This document shows, one piece after another, positions 1-11,452 of a stretch of DNA of 64,000 bases. The stretch spans positions 7,936,001-8,000,000 of the forward strand of contig NW_025963891.1 in NCBI RefSeq assembly GCF_023055435.1. The letters run 5' to 3'. Position numbers and translations under genes: made by a program. Position 1 is the first letter of the stretch. Every line of letters starts with the position of its first letter. The notes below the pieces were generated by a model. It saw only the letters and a program-made list of their open reading frames with translations. It searched no databases and was not told the DNA's origin. Origin of the DNA: Haliotis rufescens. Taxonomy: Eukaryota.

Positions 1-106
1 TAGTGATAACGCTGTTTTCTTGAACATTTTGTGAAATATTTGAATTTGGAAAATGGAAACTGTCTTTTGGATTTTTTATTATGTGCACTTTTAATATCTG
101 ATACTG

Positions 107-1306
107 TTAGAGGAGTAGAATACAGAGAGTAATGCCACAACCTACGTTGAGGAACATGAATAGTCTTAGACAGAGGGCATCAAGCACATCAGAAACATCC
201 TTCCAGGCCACGCTGATAACAGGTTTCTCTTCTCTGTCGTTATCCCCATGAAGCTCCATTGTATCTGACGTATCTACCTTCATGTTTGGCTTCTGTGGAG
301 AACAGCATCTCAACAAGGTGACACATCTCTGCACAATTACAGGTACTTTACCTGTCTTCCGATGCACCCTAAGGATGATGATTGACATGGCCACAGAGAG
401 TGAGCTGAGTGTGAGAAGAATGGTGAGGTAGATGGTGAGGTAGGACGTCTGTAGGGATGTTCTTGGCATGTTGTAGGTCATCTGAGTCAGGAACACAGTG
501 AAAGAGAGTAGAACTGTCATGGAAAGCGCCACTTTGTCTCCGTATTCTAACGGCAGAGCAAAAACCAGGGAGCTGAGAAGGGATAGGAGCATGATAGGGA
601 TTATCAGGTTGAAGACATAGTATGCTGGTCGGCGCTTTAAGGTGATAGTAACGCGAAACATAGGATATCCCGCCATCAGAATTTCCTCTGAAAAATCTTT
701 TATTATCCACAATGGATTTCCATCTGTTGATCGGCTAGTGAACGACTTGTTTACTAAAGGTGTAAATCTTGCTTTATCCGGCGGTGTGTGCCAGGTGGAG
801 AGTAATATGGAACAGACCTGAGTATCAAACGGAAAATAGGAAATATCAAATTCACATCGAGTCTTGTAAAGATCTCCATGTCCCCAGCTTACTAAGCCTG
901 TGTTATGTATCAATACAAAGGCAGTTTTCTCCGCAAACATCTTTCTTTCGGTGACCGTATTGAAAATTGTTAAATCAGGAATCCACACACTATCACTAGA
1001 TATACTCAGATTTTCTTGTCCATCAAAGTCAGAAATGTTCCACTTCAGTGAATCATCAACCCATTGGAGGTAATAAAATCCATTGGTGGTCATTGACTGC
1101 TGCAACTCGTTCATTTCCGCTAAATCGAACAAATGAAATTGAATATTGATGTCCATTGCGTCTTCTGTTTCACGAGGAAACACATGTCGATTGTAATCAC
1201 TTAATACATGCTGTAACAGTCTCTTCTGTTCCTGAATCTTGTTGCAATTTATCAGTGTAAGGAAGGTAAAGAATAATTTGAGAAAGAAATGTCCACGGTA
1301 AGTCAT
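107..1306 (-). CDS. Intronless atypical nAChR-like Cys-loop channel subunit (gene 1, about 399 aa)
   Basis: Single ORF with signal peptide (MTYRGHFFLKLFFTFLTLINC), WIPD loop A, Cys-loop CEFDISYFPFDTQVC, pre-M1 LKRRP, M1-M4 and GDK at the M2 start. The ORF is open to 1468, but Met at 1306 precedes the hydrophobic signal and is conserved in the duplicate (ATG at 6795). Confidence 0.9.
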   Translation of the reverse strand: MTYRGHFFLKLFFTFLTLINCNKIQEQKRLLQHVLSDYNRHVFPRETEDAMDINIQFHLFDLAEMNELQQSMTTNGFYYLQWVDDSLKWNISDFDGQENLSISSDSVWIPDLTIFNTVTERKMFAEKTAFVLIHNTGLVSWGHGDLYKTRCEFDISYFPFDTQVCSILLSTWHTPPDKARFTPLVNKSFTSRSTDGNPLWIIKDFSEEILMAGYPMFRVTITLKRRPAYYVFNLIIPIMLLSLLSSLVFALPLEYGDKVALSMTVLLSFTVFLTQMTYNMPRTSLQTSYLTIYLTILLTLSSLSVAMSIIILRVHRKTGKVPVIVQRCVTLLRCCSPQKPNMKVDTSDTMELHGDNDREEKPVISVAWKDVSDVLDALCLRLFMFLNVGCGITLCILLL

Positions 1307-2379
1307 CTCAGCAGTTATCGCTTTCACGTTCGTCGATGCAGTGTCAGAAATCGCGTGTTCATCCATGGACCAGTGTTCTATATACATACAACACCGTTTA
1401 AACTCAAAGTTGGGTTTGTGGTAGTTATCTGTGGAACAGTTGTTTGTCAAGCAATTTACAACATACATCGATAATATATTTGAATGAAAATCCTTTCAGG
1501 TTTAGATAGAATAAAAAAGGTTATCACATAGTACTTTCCTAACGTGAACCTTTACCAAATAAAGGCTTACAATGGAATAGAGAATAACTCAACTAATGCG
1601 TAAATTAGGAGCAAATAAAAATGATAGGAAAATAAAGCAATGCCATTAGCGATTATTGACTTCTGTGTGACCGAGTGTTTTGATTAAGTGCATCTTGGAG
1701 GCAGTTATCAATAGCTGTCCACCTCCTCACTTTGTCATTGGTTAATGCGAGACTTCAGCTTTATGACGACGACCTGTAAATATTCGAATTTATCATTTAA
1801 CTAAAGCATTTATGCATGACATAAGCATATGAAATAAAAACATGTTTGTCATACCCTAATGACATAAGTATGCAAATTAGATTTGCAAATTAGCATGTGT
1901 TTTTGTACTTTTTTCTAGTTTTGCATGTCACCAAATATATTCACTGAACATTAATACTTTTCAAGTGGGCGATAGAAGGTTTATTTATTTCATGATAAGG
2001 ACCATCTTTGATAAATTGTCCCAAGTGTATGCATACATGACAGGGACTACATGGGCTACCATAATTACAAGATATCTTACATTTCTTCTCAGGTGAAATA
2101 CCATTGTTCAAATTGTGTTGTATTTTTTCTAACTTTTTGGATGGCATAAATGCACATACATTCACAAGATGCAAAATACTATGAGCTTTTAAAGTTCTAC
2201 ATAATATTAATGCATACACAAGGTTAAATGGTACAAATGTACTCTTGATATTATCCACTTGAAAATTCATTAGTTTTAGAGGTGTCAAAATTCCAATAGA
2301 ATCATACCTCTCTTGTCAAATCTCCAGTGGTGTCAGTTCTTTAATCAGGGAGTGCAGAGTCTATTGCAAGACAGAAACG

Positions 2380-3658
2380 TCAGTAACGTGTGTATGATCC
2401 ACGGACATTGACCACAGTTTCAACCCTACGCATCATACTCATTACAAGTTGTTGAATGCTTCTCTGAGGCAAACGGATCCATTCTTCATGAAGTGCGGCT
2501 TCAAGTCCAGCGAGATTTTGAACTGGGGGATCACGATGTCTGATTTTCCGGCCAAGAATGTCCCAGAGTTGCTTAATCAGATTAAGATCCGCACTACAGG
2601 CCGGCCAAGGAAGAGTGGCAATAGCTTCTTGACGGAAATAAGCCAAAACTGCCCGAGATCTGTGTGGTCTAGCATTGTCGTCCATGTAAACAGGTCTTGT
2701 CTGAAGAGGATGGTTGTCTAAATGAGGGACTACCACTGAACGAAGAACGGCATCTTGGTGTTGTTGGCCATTCAGGTTTCCACGAATTGTCACCAGCGGA
2801 AGTTTGCAGCCGACGGAAACACAACCCCATATCATGACAGACCCCCCGCCACATGCTAAGGTCTTCTGGATGTTCCTTGGTGCAAAACGAGTGTTATGTT
2901 GCCTCCAAATACGTATTCGACCATCAACAGTTCGTAGCAGCATTCGACACTCGTCAGACCAATGGATCCTTCTCCAGTTGGCCAAGTTCCATCGACTACG
3001 GTCACGACACCATATCAGACGATTCCGCATGTGCCTCTCAGTCAATTGAGGACGTTTTACTGGTCTTCTGGCGTTATAACCAGCCGCTCTGAGGCGACGC
3101 CTTACAGTCATCGTCGAGAGTCTCTGATGGGTAGTCTTAAATCTGTTGAAGTGGCAAATGGATTTCGTCTGACTATCCTGAAAAGACGTCTATCCTCTCT
3201 GTTAGAGGTCTTTCTTGGCCTACCAGACCTATGCCTGTCATTGACATCATTGGTTTGACCATGTTTGAGAATCAAACGAGTGATAACACTTTGATGACGA
3301 CCCATTTGTCTTGCAATGGCCCTGCATGACATGCCAGCATTTTTCATGCCTATCACTTGCCATCTTTCGGCGTTCGTTACCTTTCTTCTCACCATGGCTG
3401 ATTTTCAACCTCTATGGGAAGGGGAATCTCACATAGGAGCAAAATGCAACCGAGCGTCTGAAACTTGAATTTCACTATTTATAGGGTAGGGGAACTGCAG
3501 CAACACGTAAAGCACGCTTTCATTGTCATCTGGACAAATTTGGGTTCGTGAAACTATGGAAGCCTAATTCATACATAATCATATTTCGTATTTCTGATTC
3601 CCACACGTGAAATCAAAAGACTATGAATATGGTGGCGCTTAACTTTTGTACATGTGTA
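2380..3658 (-). mobile_element. Tc1/mariner (DD34E) transposon, inactivated
   Basis: Transposase is split by a frameshift near 3110: HTH part 3108-3395 (SGRPRKT), catalytic part 2380-3111 (WSDE, MDDNARPH, SADLNLIK with E>K at the D34E position, GSYTRY end). Tc1-like end at about 3630-3658; no matching left TIR found. Confidence 0.85.
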
Positions 3659-4782
3659 TATTATGACTGTTTTATCGTATGTAAAAGAGATTAGGATCAT
3701 CAAATTATACAAACGCCGCCTACTTTATTTATGACAGTTTAAACCTCTAATCTATAAGTATTAATAGGAAATGCATGGTCGCAAGACAATAATCTACAGC
3801 AAAGGATACATTTAAAAGCACACAATAGCACATAACGCTGTTCAAATTCTAAATGAATCAGGTGGCGCTTGAACATTTGCTAACTTTTGAAGTTTCTAAT
3901 TTTTCAATGAAATAAAACAAGTATTGAGATGTTGCTATGAAGAAATTAGGCACGTCCCAGCTGATATTGTCATGATAAATTAAAACAGTGACACAATACT
4001 ATGATTCATATGGTTAAGCATTGATAGATAAACTTGAGCTGTATGAAATGTTTGGAAAGCCATACAAGGAATTGTTGTCATCAAAATTTGAAACAGCTAG
4101 AAATATAAAGAGTCGAATCACGATCACCAAACGAGCATTTATTATCTTCATATTTAGTCATAACTTCCAAAGAGGAAACGGGTTAGGCCATGGTTAGTGT
4201 TCCTTTGAACTACAATTAAACAATCCAGTCAATTACATTTTAGAGGCATTTCTTTCTTCATTAAAAGTAAACGTTTCTGTTCTTTTCGCCTGACTTGTAC
4301 ATCTTTTCAAAGCCAGTAAACCTATAAAAGTTGGTGATTTCACGTTTAGAAATGTACCGAATTGTAAAACGGTAATGTATACATGATTTGATCATGTGAC
4401 TCTGTGTCAGAAAGCTTGGAAAACCTTTCACAACGTCACCGACCTCACTTCTATCTACCTGCATCCGTTGATCTAAAAGTGACCAATGTTTAGCAGCATT
4501 AATGCTCTATAGATTTGTGTTGTAGTGTTCCTATAATATGTTCAGTAACGTTAAACATGCAAGACCAGAATTCTTATATCATGCGAAAATCAAAACCAAC
4601 ATCAGTTTGAATAACAAAGTGTTTTTGTCAGTATGGATGGGAGATCATTGCTCACACAAATGTTTTCTTTGCGCTACTCTCTCTCGCCATACCAACCACA
4701 GATCGTTGACAAATAATGTCTCTCACTCTATATGACACACAAAGCTGCTATGAATGCAGTTATTCCAGTGCATAAAGTTTGT

Positions 4783-5660
4783 TATAATCCCCCACCATTC
4801 AGTACGGCATGGATATAAGAATGTACGTCCGTTCGTCCTTCTGTCTGTCCGTTCATCTGTCCGCTTCTCTTAGATGACAAATTTTCTCAAAAATACTTAT
4901 ATTAAAGAAATGAAATTTTACACACTGATATTACTGGTTATGATCTTAAATGAGTTCGAAATTTGGTGTCTAAATTCATTTTTTACAGAGTTATGGCCCG
5001 TTGTCCTTGCTTTTCAACTTATTGCATACTGAAGTTTCTCAGCAACTACTGAAATAACATTAATGAATGTTTGCAGCTTATATAAGATGCTTGTAAAGAT
5101 GAAAATTGGTGCCGCAAATGATCCTGTTTACATACTTATGTCCCTTGCGCCATGCTTTTCAACTTACTGCATAGTGTCTGCAATGGGAACAACTTTTCGC
5201 CGAAACTGCTGACGTTACGTGAATGAAACTGTGCATGCTGATCTGTGATGTACTTGTAAAGACGGTGTTCGAAATTGGTCCAGTTCCTCACTTTTATCCA
5301 GAGTTACCTCCTTTGGAACATGTTTTAGATTCTGCAAAGTGCTATATTTTTATTTCACGAAGTGGGACAGGTTTTCCCAGAAACGACTGCAGTTAGCTTA
5401 TCTAAGAGATGCTTATCAAGACTGAATTCGAGAATCGGTGTCAAAAATAATTATTTTCAGAGAAGGGTCCTTTTGTGTGTATTAATTTCTCACTTTATAT
5501 TTTTTCACCAGACATAAAGCGACCCAAGTGCCTTATCTACTTTTAAGGCTTCAAAGGACTATTTTTAGTTAATATTCACTATTACATGAACAATCAAAGT
5601 TCCAATGTGCTCCATGGCGGGGGATAGTGATAACGTTGTTTTCTAGATTGAGAACATTTT
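4783..5660 (+). mobile_element. HINE/DINE-1/pearl-like non-autonomous Helentron-type element
   Basis: Subterminal inverted repeats atcccccacca (about 4787) and tggcgggggat (about 5615), GTCC/GTCT microsatellite 4827-4862, four degenerate 155-180 bp core repeats (about 4880, 5033, 5192, 5371), short 3' hairpin. The paralogous 3' end is at window positions 1-30. Confidence 0.5.
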
Positions 5661-5737
5661 GTGAAATGATTTGAATTTGGAAAATGAAAAATGTCTTATG
5701 GATATATAATAATGTGCACGTTTAATAACTGATACTG

Positions 5738-6795
5738 TTAGAGGAGTAAATACAGAGAGTAATGCCACAACCTACGTTGAGGAACATAAAGAGTCTTAGA
5801 CAGAGGGCATTAAGCACATCAGAAACATCCTTCCAGGCCACGCTGACAACAGGTTTCTCTCTTCTGTCGTTATCCCCATGAAGCTCCATTGTATCTGACG
5901 TATCTACCTTCATGTTTGGCTTCTGTGGAGAACATCATCTCAACAAGGTGACACATCTCTGCACTATTACAGGTACTTTACCTGTCTTCCGATGCACCCT
6001 AAGGATGAGGATTGACACAGAGTGTGAGCTGAGAGTGAGGAGAATGGTGAGGTAGATGGTGAGGTAGGACTTTTGAAGGGATGTTCTTGGCATGGTGTAG
6101 GTCATCTGAGTCAGGAACACAGTGAAAGAGGGCAGAGCTGTCATGGAGAGAGCCACGTTGTCTCCGTATTCTAAAGGCAGAGCAAACACCAGGGAGCTGA
6201 GAAGGGATAGGAGCGTGATAGAGATTATCAGGTTGAAGACATAGTATGCTGGTCGGCGCTTTAAGGTGATGGTAACGCGAATCATAGATATCCCGCCCTC
6301 AGAACTTCCCCTGAAAAATCTTTTATTATCCACAATGGATTTCCTCTTATGTATCGGTCAGTCAGCGACCTATTTATGAAAGGTGCAAATAGTGTTTTAT
6401 CTGACTGTGTCCCAAGTGGTGAGTGAAATGGAACACACCTGCGTGTCAAACGGAAAATAGGCAACATCAAAGTCACACTGAGTCTTGTAAAGATCCCCAT
6501 GACCCCAGCTAACTAATCCTGTGTTATGTATGCATGCACGGGCGGTTTTCTCCTCAAACATCTTTCTTTCTGTAACCCTGTTTATAACTGTTAAGTCAGG
6601 AATCCACACACTATCACTTGATATACACAGATTTTCTTGTCCATCAAAGTCAGAAATGTTCCACTTCAGTTAATCATCAACCCATTGGAAGTTAAAAAAA
6701 CAACATTGGTGGTCATTGACGGCTGCAACAGGTTCATTTCATCAGTGCCGGGAAGGTAAAGAATAAAGTGTGAAAAAAAGTCCACGGTAAGTCAT
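5738..6795 (-). pseudogene. Pseudogenised duplicate of gene 1 (nAChR-like)
   Basis: Colinear with 107-1306. Has a roughly 130-nt N-terminal deletion near 6740, frameshifts near 6405, 6285 and 5748, and a TGC>TGA stop at 5935. ORF fragments encode WIPDLTVIN, CDFDVAYFPFDTQVC and LKRRPAYYVFNL. Confidence 0.9.
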
Positions 6796-8302
6796 GTTAG
6801 CAGTCATCACTTTCTCCATTCTCGTGATTCGATGCAGTGTCAAAATTCGCGTGTTCGCCATATGTACCGATGTACGAAGCTATCTGAAAACAGCCAACAC
6901 TGTATTCAGTGAGATCCATCTAGTATTGATCAGTGTTGATTACGCCTGCTTTTAGCATATATGCATGGATCCAAAAGCATATGCACAAGCAGTATGGTTG
7001 ATCATAGCATAAGAACAAAATGTAAAAAACATTTTAATTCACTGTTGATAACATCTTAACAGTAACGGTTGACATTCAATTTTCATTTTTGAATACCTTT
7101 ATTTACAATGTGGTTCACTTGTTTGAGAAACACCTAAAGCTTACCAACAAACACTGACAATTCCTGAATCAACCGCCACCTCTGTGATCAGTGTGACCTT
7201 TAGATGCATGTTTGACCTGTATCCAAGTTATGCACCATTTTGCCATTCCACCACCCCTGGAGCTTCTCGTCTAATTGGTGTGGGTGAGAGTGGGTATGCG
7301 GACTGTTGTGTTGTGGGGACAGTGTACTATATAGTTCAGAGATAAGCCGGTGTATATTGCCTGTGATATATTGTCATCAACTTGAACTTTAATGTGGTTG
7401 GATGTACATTATTAGAGGGTGGACCCCCTTGTCTATAATTACAAAACAAAGTATCTACTCCGTACATTCATATACGTACGGCCATGAAATACGATCTTAG
7501 ACAAAAACACAACATACAAACAATAGAATGTTAATCTTATTATTATAACTGTGTATCAGGTATAAAAGCGTGAATGATGGATATGCAATTTAGCATATCT
7601 TGGGGTACCTGACCTGAATATTATTACAAAGAGAATAACAAGTCTTGGCCATTCGCAGAGAGAGATTCAATTAGGCATAAAATTAAAAATAGCCATGAAA
7701 ATTAAATGAATGGACTACTGAAAAACAGTGGTGACACCAGGTGTTTGCGAAAAGGGTCAGCATGTCCTGCCCTACAGGTAGCACCACACTATAGGGGGGT
7801 ACGATGGCAGCCAAGTCACCAAGCCTGACAGCCAGGCCCAATTTGTTGCATTTTGGACAAACATTGGTTATTGGTGCCAAAAAGTATGGGATAGTGGGAA
7901 TCTTTTGATCTATATATTACTTGCAAATGGAAATGATGTTATCATATCTCCTGGGGAGTTGGCGATCACAACTTATGCGTTTTAATGGTTGGTGTGATGA
8001 GATGGTCGCGCACAGGGTCATTAAATTCGAAATTTGCATTTTGCAGCCAAAGTCACTCAAATCTGGTAAAACCACCTCTGTTGGCCAGACATGCACGGAA
8101 TCTTAGAGACATGCTTCTGATGAGACGACTAATGTCAGCTTGACTCATATTGTTCCAGTCATCATGACGAGTTGTAGATGGATTTTGACTTTGAAGTACA
8201 CGTCTCAGACGTATTCAAAGCGGGAAAGATCAGGAACGAGTGCTGGCCATAGCATGACATGGATGTTTTGTTGTACATCGGTATGGTACCGCTCCTGGCT
8301 TC

Positions 8303-8500
8303 TAATTGGTCGGTTGGTCTGATGACGTCACTTCCGGTTTCGGTTTGGTCACGTGACTGCGCATGGGCGCAGTATGATGGGTCCTGCGTGCGCATCCAAG
8401 ATGGCGGCATATCCGTTTCCTGTGGCGTACGCCTCCAAGATGGCGTCCCATCCGTTTCAGGTGGCGCGCGCACCTCCAAGAGGGCGTCCCATGCGTTTCC
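8303..8500. promoter_or_regulatory. Dense TF-motif cluster with three 39-41 bp repeats (probable Maverick subterminal/TIR region)
   Basis: ATTGG near 8305, TGACGTCA 8323-8330 overlapping CACTTCCGG 8329-8337, GTCACGTGAC 8348-8357, TGCGCATG 8358-8365, CAAGATGGCG(GC) at 8397 and 8436, CAAGAGGGCG at 8477. Confidence 0.55.
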
Positions 8501-8568
8501 GGGGAAGGGAAAAAAACCAGAGAAGCGGTCGTAAAAGGTGAACAAGATCGACATTGAAAGAAGCGCGT

Positions 8569-8898
8569 CTAAAATCTTTTTTTTTTTGGTTCTAAAAATA
8601 GACGTGGCGGCGGCGGCGGAGGGGAAGGGTGGAGGAGGAGGGAGGAAGGCGGGAAGGGAGTCGGGTTCTTTGTTTTGTTTTGTTTTGTTTTGTTTTGGTG
8701 GGTGGGTGGCGATGGCATGTGGAGATGATAGCTCACTGAGACGAGCTTATCATACACAGTCGACGACTCTGCCACTTTGTTGCTAGGTTGACGTCATATC
8801 GGCGAAGGATCTTGCAACAACATTTCACAAATCATGTCATCGGGTATGGTGATGTGTTTGTCAACTTTGAGGTGTAAGGTTTCGTTCCATAAGGCCAT
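8569..8898 (-). pseudogene. Possible small Maverick ORF interrupted by an in-frame TGA
   Basis: ATG at 8898 reads MALWNETLHLKVDKHITIPDDMICEMLLQDPSPI*RQPSNKVAESS... in frame with ORF 8569-8775. A TTTAAA box lies about 60 nt upstream, as for the ORF starting at 11112. Confidence 0.3.
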
Positions 8899-9874
8899 CG
8901 TGTATTGTAGCCCACTATGACAGTTGTTCGTCTAAGTTAAAAGTCGGTGAGTGGCGAATTTAAAGGTGCTAAAGGTGTTGGCTGAATTCTAAAGGTGAAT
9001 CGACAGGCACAGACATGAACGTGATGTAGGTATATGCCTACGTGATGTACTTCGTGTCACTCCCATGCAAACATGGTGCCACGCGTGACGACAAACAGAC
9101 GTTGACGTTGATCCATAGGATTATTATTATTATTAATTATACCTAGGTGCTGGCACTCGCGTAGGTTGACATGCGTACTGTCACGCGTGTCTCCGTACAC
9201 ACGTCATGTACTACGTGTTTCCATGCAAACGTGATGCCATGCGTGTCTTCAAACACACGTTGATCCACAGGATTAGTGATCTTATTTAGTATATTTTGAG
9301 AATAGAGAGAGAGAGATCGATAGACATACGTGGTGTTTGACTCGTGTCTCCAGGCACAAGTGGTGTTTCACGCGTCTCTATGTATATATATTTATTTTAT
9401 TATTTTGAGACGTACCATGGTGGTGTCACGCGTAGGCGTGTGCCTCCAAGAGGACGAGGGGGAGGGTGTGGGTTCTTTTGGATGGTTGTTGTTTGGGTTG
9501 GCAAAGCAAGCAGGGTGGGTGTCGATTAGTCTGAACACCATGTGGACTCCATCATGTCTTACCAGGCAGCTGATCTTTCAAGCATGGCCTTTCTCTTTTA
9601 TCTATTTTTTATTTTAATTCATCACTTTTTTCTTAACTTTTACAACGAGCATGTGCACTGACATGACAGACGCACAGACAGACAACGTAGACGACATCTC
9701 AACTCAACCTCTACCCTCGGTTCGGCATTCTATTGGAGTTGAGATCAATCAAAACACAAAGAGTCAGTTCAATTTATCCCTGTTTAATAATGAACAACAA
9801 CTTGGATACAGGGCAAACAATGTGAAACAATGCGAAGAATGCGAAAAAGTAGATGACAACCTTCGTCATCGACA

Positions 9875-11112
9875 TCACACAGGTAGCCTGCTCAATGTTG
9901 CAACGAGTGCCGCTGTGGCTGCTTCTGCTGCTGCGTGGAGCGCGTCGAAGAGTTCTGTTAGTGAGGGTGTTGCTACTGGTGCTTCTATTGCTGTGGGGGT
10001 GGTGTCTGCCACTGCTGGTGCCACTGCTGCTGCCACTGGTTTTGGTGTGGGTGCTGTTGATGAGGGTGCTGTGGTGACTGCCACTCGTTTTGGTGTGGGT
10101 GCTGCAGCATCTGAGGGGTCCATCGGTGATGGTGAAGGTGGTGGTGATGATGACTGCGCTGAAGTTACTCCTGTTACTACGGTGACGAGTGCAGCTGTTA
10201 CTGCTTCTACTGCTGTGGGTGTGGCGGCTGTGGCTGTGGCTGTTGCTGCTGCCCAGGATAGTGCTGAGGCGAATTTTTTGTTGCTGCTGCTTCTCGGGGT
10301 GTCCCCTTCAATGCCCTCACACCTGCCGCGCATTGCGCCATCTGTGGTGCATTGATGAATACTTTTAGTCAGGGTGTTGTTGCTGCGTCTGCAGCTGCAT
10401 CTTCTTCTTCCTGTGTGGTGGCTGCTTCTGCTGCTGCTACAGGTGTTGTTGATGGTGTTGTCTGCGATGAATACTGCTGCAGCAAGGGTGCATGTGAGGT
10501 TACTATTTCAACGAGTGCTACTGCTGCTGCTTCTATGGCTGCAGGTGTTGCTGCGGCTGATGCTAGTATCGCTGTCCATAGTGCTGAGTCGAGTTGTTGT
10601 GCTGTTTTCACTGCTTCTGAGGGTGTTGTTGTTAGTATGGGTGCTGCTTCTGCCGCTGCTGACGCTGCAATGAGTGCTGAGGTGAGTACGTCTGTTTCTT
10701 TTAACGTTCCCTCTGCTACCACTGTGGTAAGTGCTGTGACGTGTGGTGCTGCTGCTTTTTGGGCTGCTTTGAGTATGGATGTTGTGAGTGCTGCTGCTTC
10801 AGGTGTTGGGGTTGACTTTTCCACGTAGAGTTCCATGCTGGGGATGCAGATGCCATACTCCGGAGGCAGAAATGTGTCCACAACACTCTTTAACTTCTCA
10901 TGCATGCAGTCATGGGAAGCTTTGTACAAGGCACTTGCTCTCATCATCTCCCAATGTAGAACTAGCCGCTCCCCCAGGATGTCCGCCATTGCACGACTGA
11001 AATGCTCGCTATTGAGAACGTCCTCGTCCTTGTCCCCCTTCTCCTTCTTCTTCTGTTTGATGATGATGCGGTAGTGGCCATTGTTGTCATACGGTAGTAG
11101 TAGTCGGAACAT
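9875..11112 (-). pseudogene. Maverick accessory gene, Ala/Thr-rich protein of unknown function (disrupted)
   Basis: ORFs 10369-11112 and 9875-10333 join into about 410 aa if one TGA (10369) is read through and one base is added in the A-run near 10275. Upstream TTTAAA (about 11172) and CCAAT boxes (about 11200, 11224). Confidence 0.55.
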
Positions 11113-11452
11113 GATGGTGTTGTTGCTTGGACCGTTCAGTGAAAAGTGATGGCCAGGGAACGTTGGTCGTATTTAAAGACACTGACTCTCTGCTTTCTTA
11201 TTGGTGGAAAATCCGACCTTCTGATTGGCTGGTTTCTGTCCCACACGCCACCCAGGGTACGTCCTTAGTGTTTCTTTTCCAAAGGGTCAGGCTTGTAGCG
11301 TGAGAGAGAGCACAACCTCGTTTCGGCCCATTAGAGTCCACCATGGCCCGAGCCCCGCCTATGATGGGTCGACAATCCAGGCTTCTGATTGGTCAGATTT
11401 CGATCCGTTTTTTTCCATGTCGATTCAGTTTCGATCCGTTGTCATGAATTTT

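Noticed and set aside
1307-1468. 54-aa N-terminal extension of gene 1 in the ORF track
   Set aside because: It precedes the signal peptide and is only partly conserved in the duplicate; most likely 5' UTR.
7140-7430. Possible transposase C-terminal fragment on the minus strand
   Set aside because: Too degenerate; no catalytic motif readable.
7731-7790. Recurring gtgacaccaggtgtt.gc.aaaagg motif (also about 24295, 29443, 43857, 58924) as a cluster-specific enhancer
   Set aside because: It resembles terminal-repeat fragments of Penelope-like elements and its spacing to the genes is inconsistent.
8117-8145. CTGATGA followed by a short stem, possible hammerhead ribozyme
   Set aside because: No GAAA after stem II and no stems I/III.
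9651-10828. Plus-strand Ala/Val-rich ORFs (234 aa and 158 aa)
   Set aside because: Antisense shadows of low-complexity GCA/ACA codons of the minus-strand gene.
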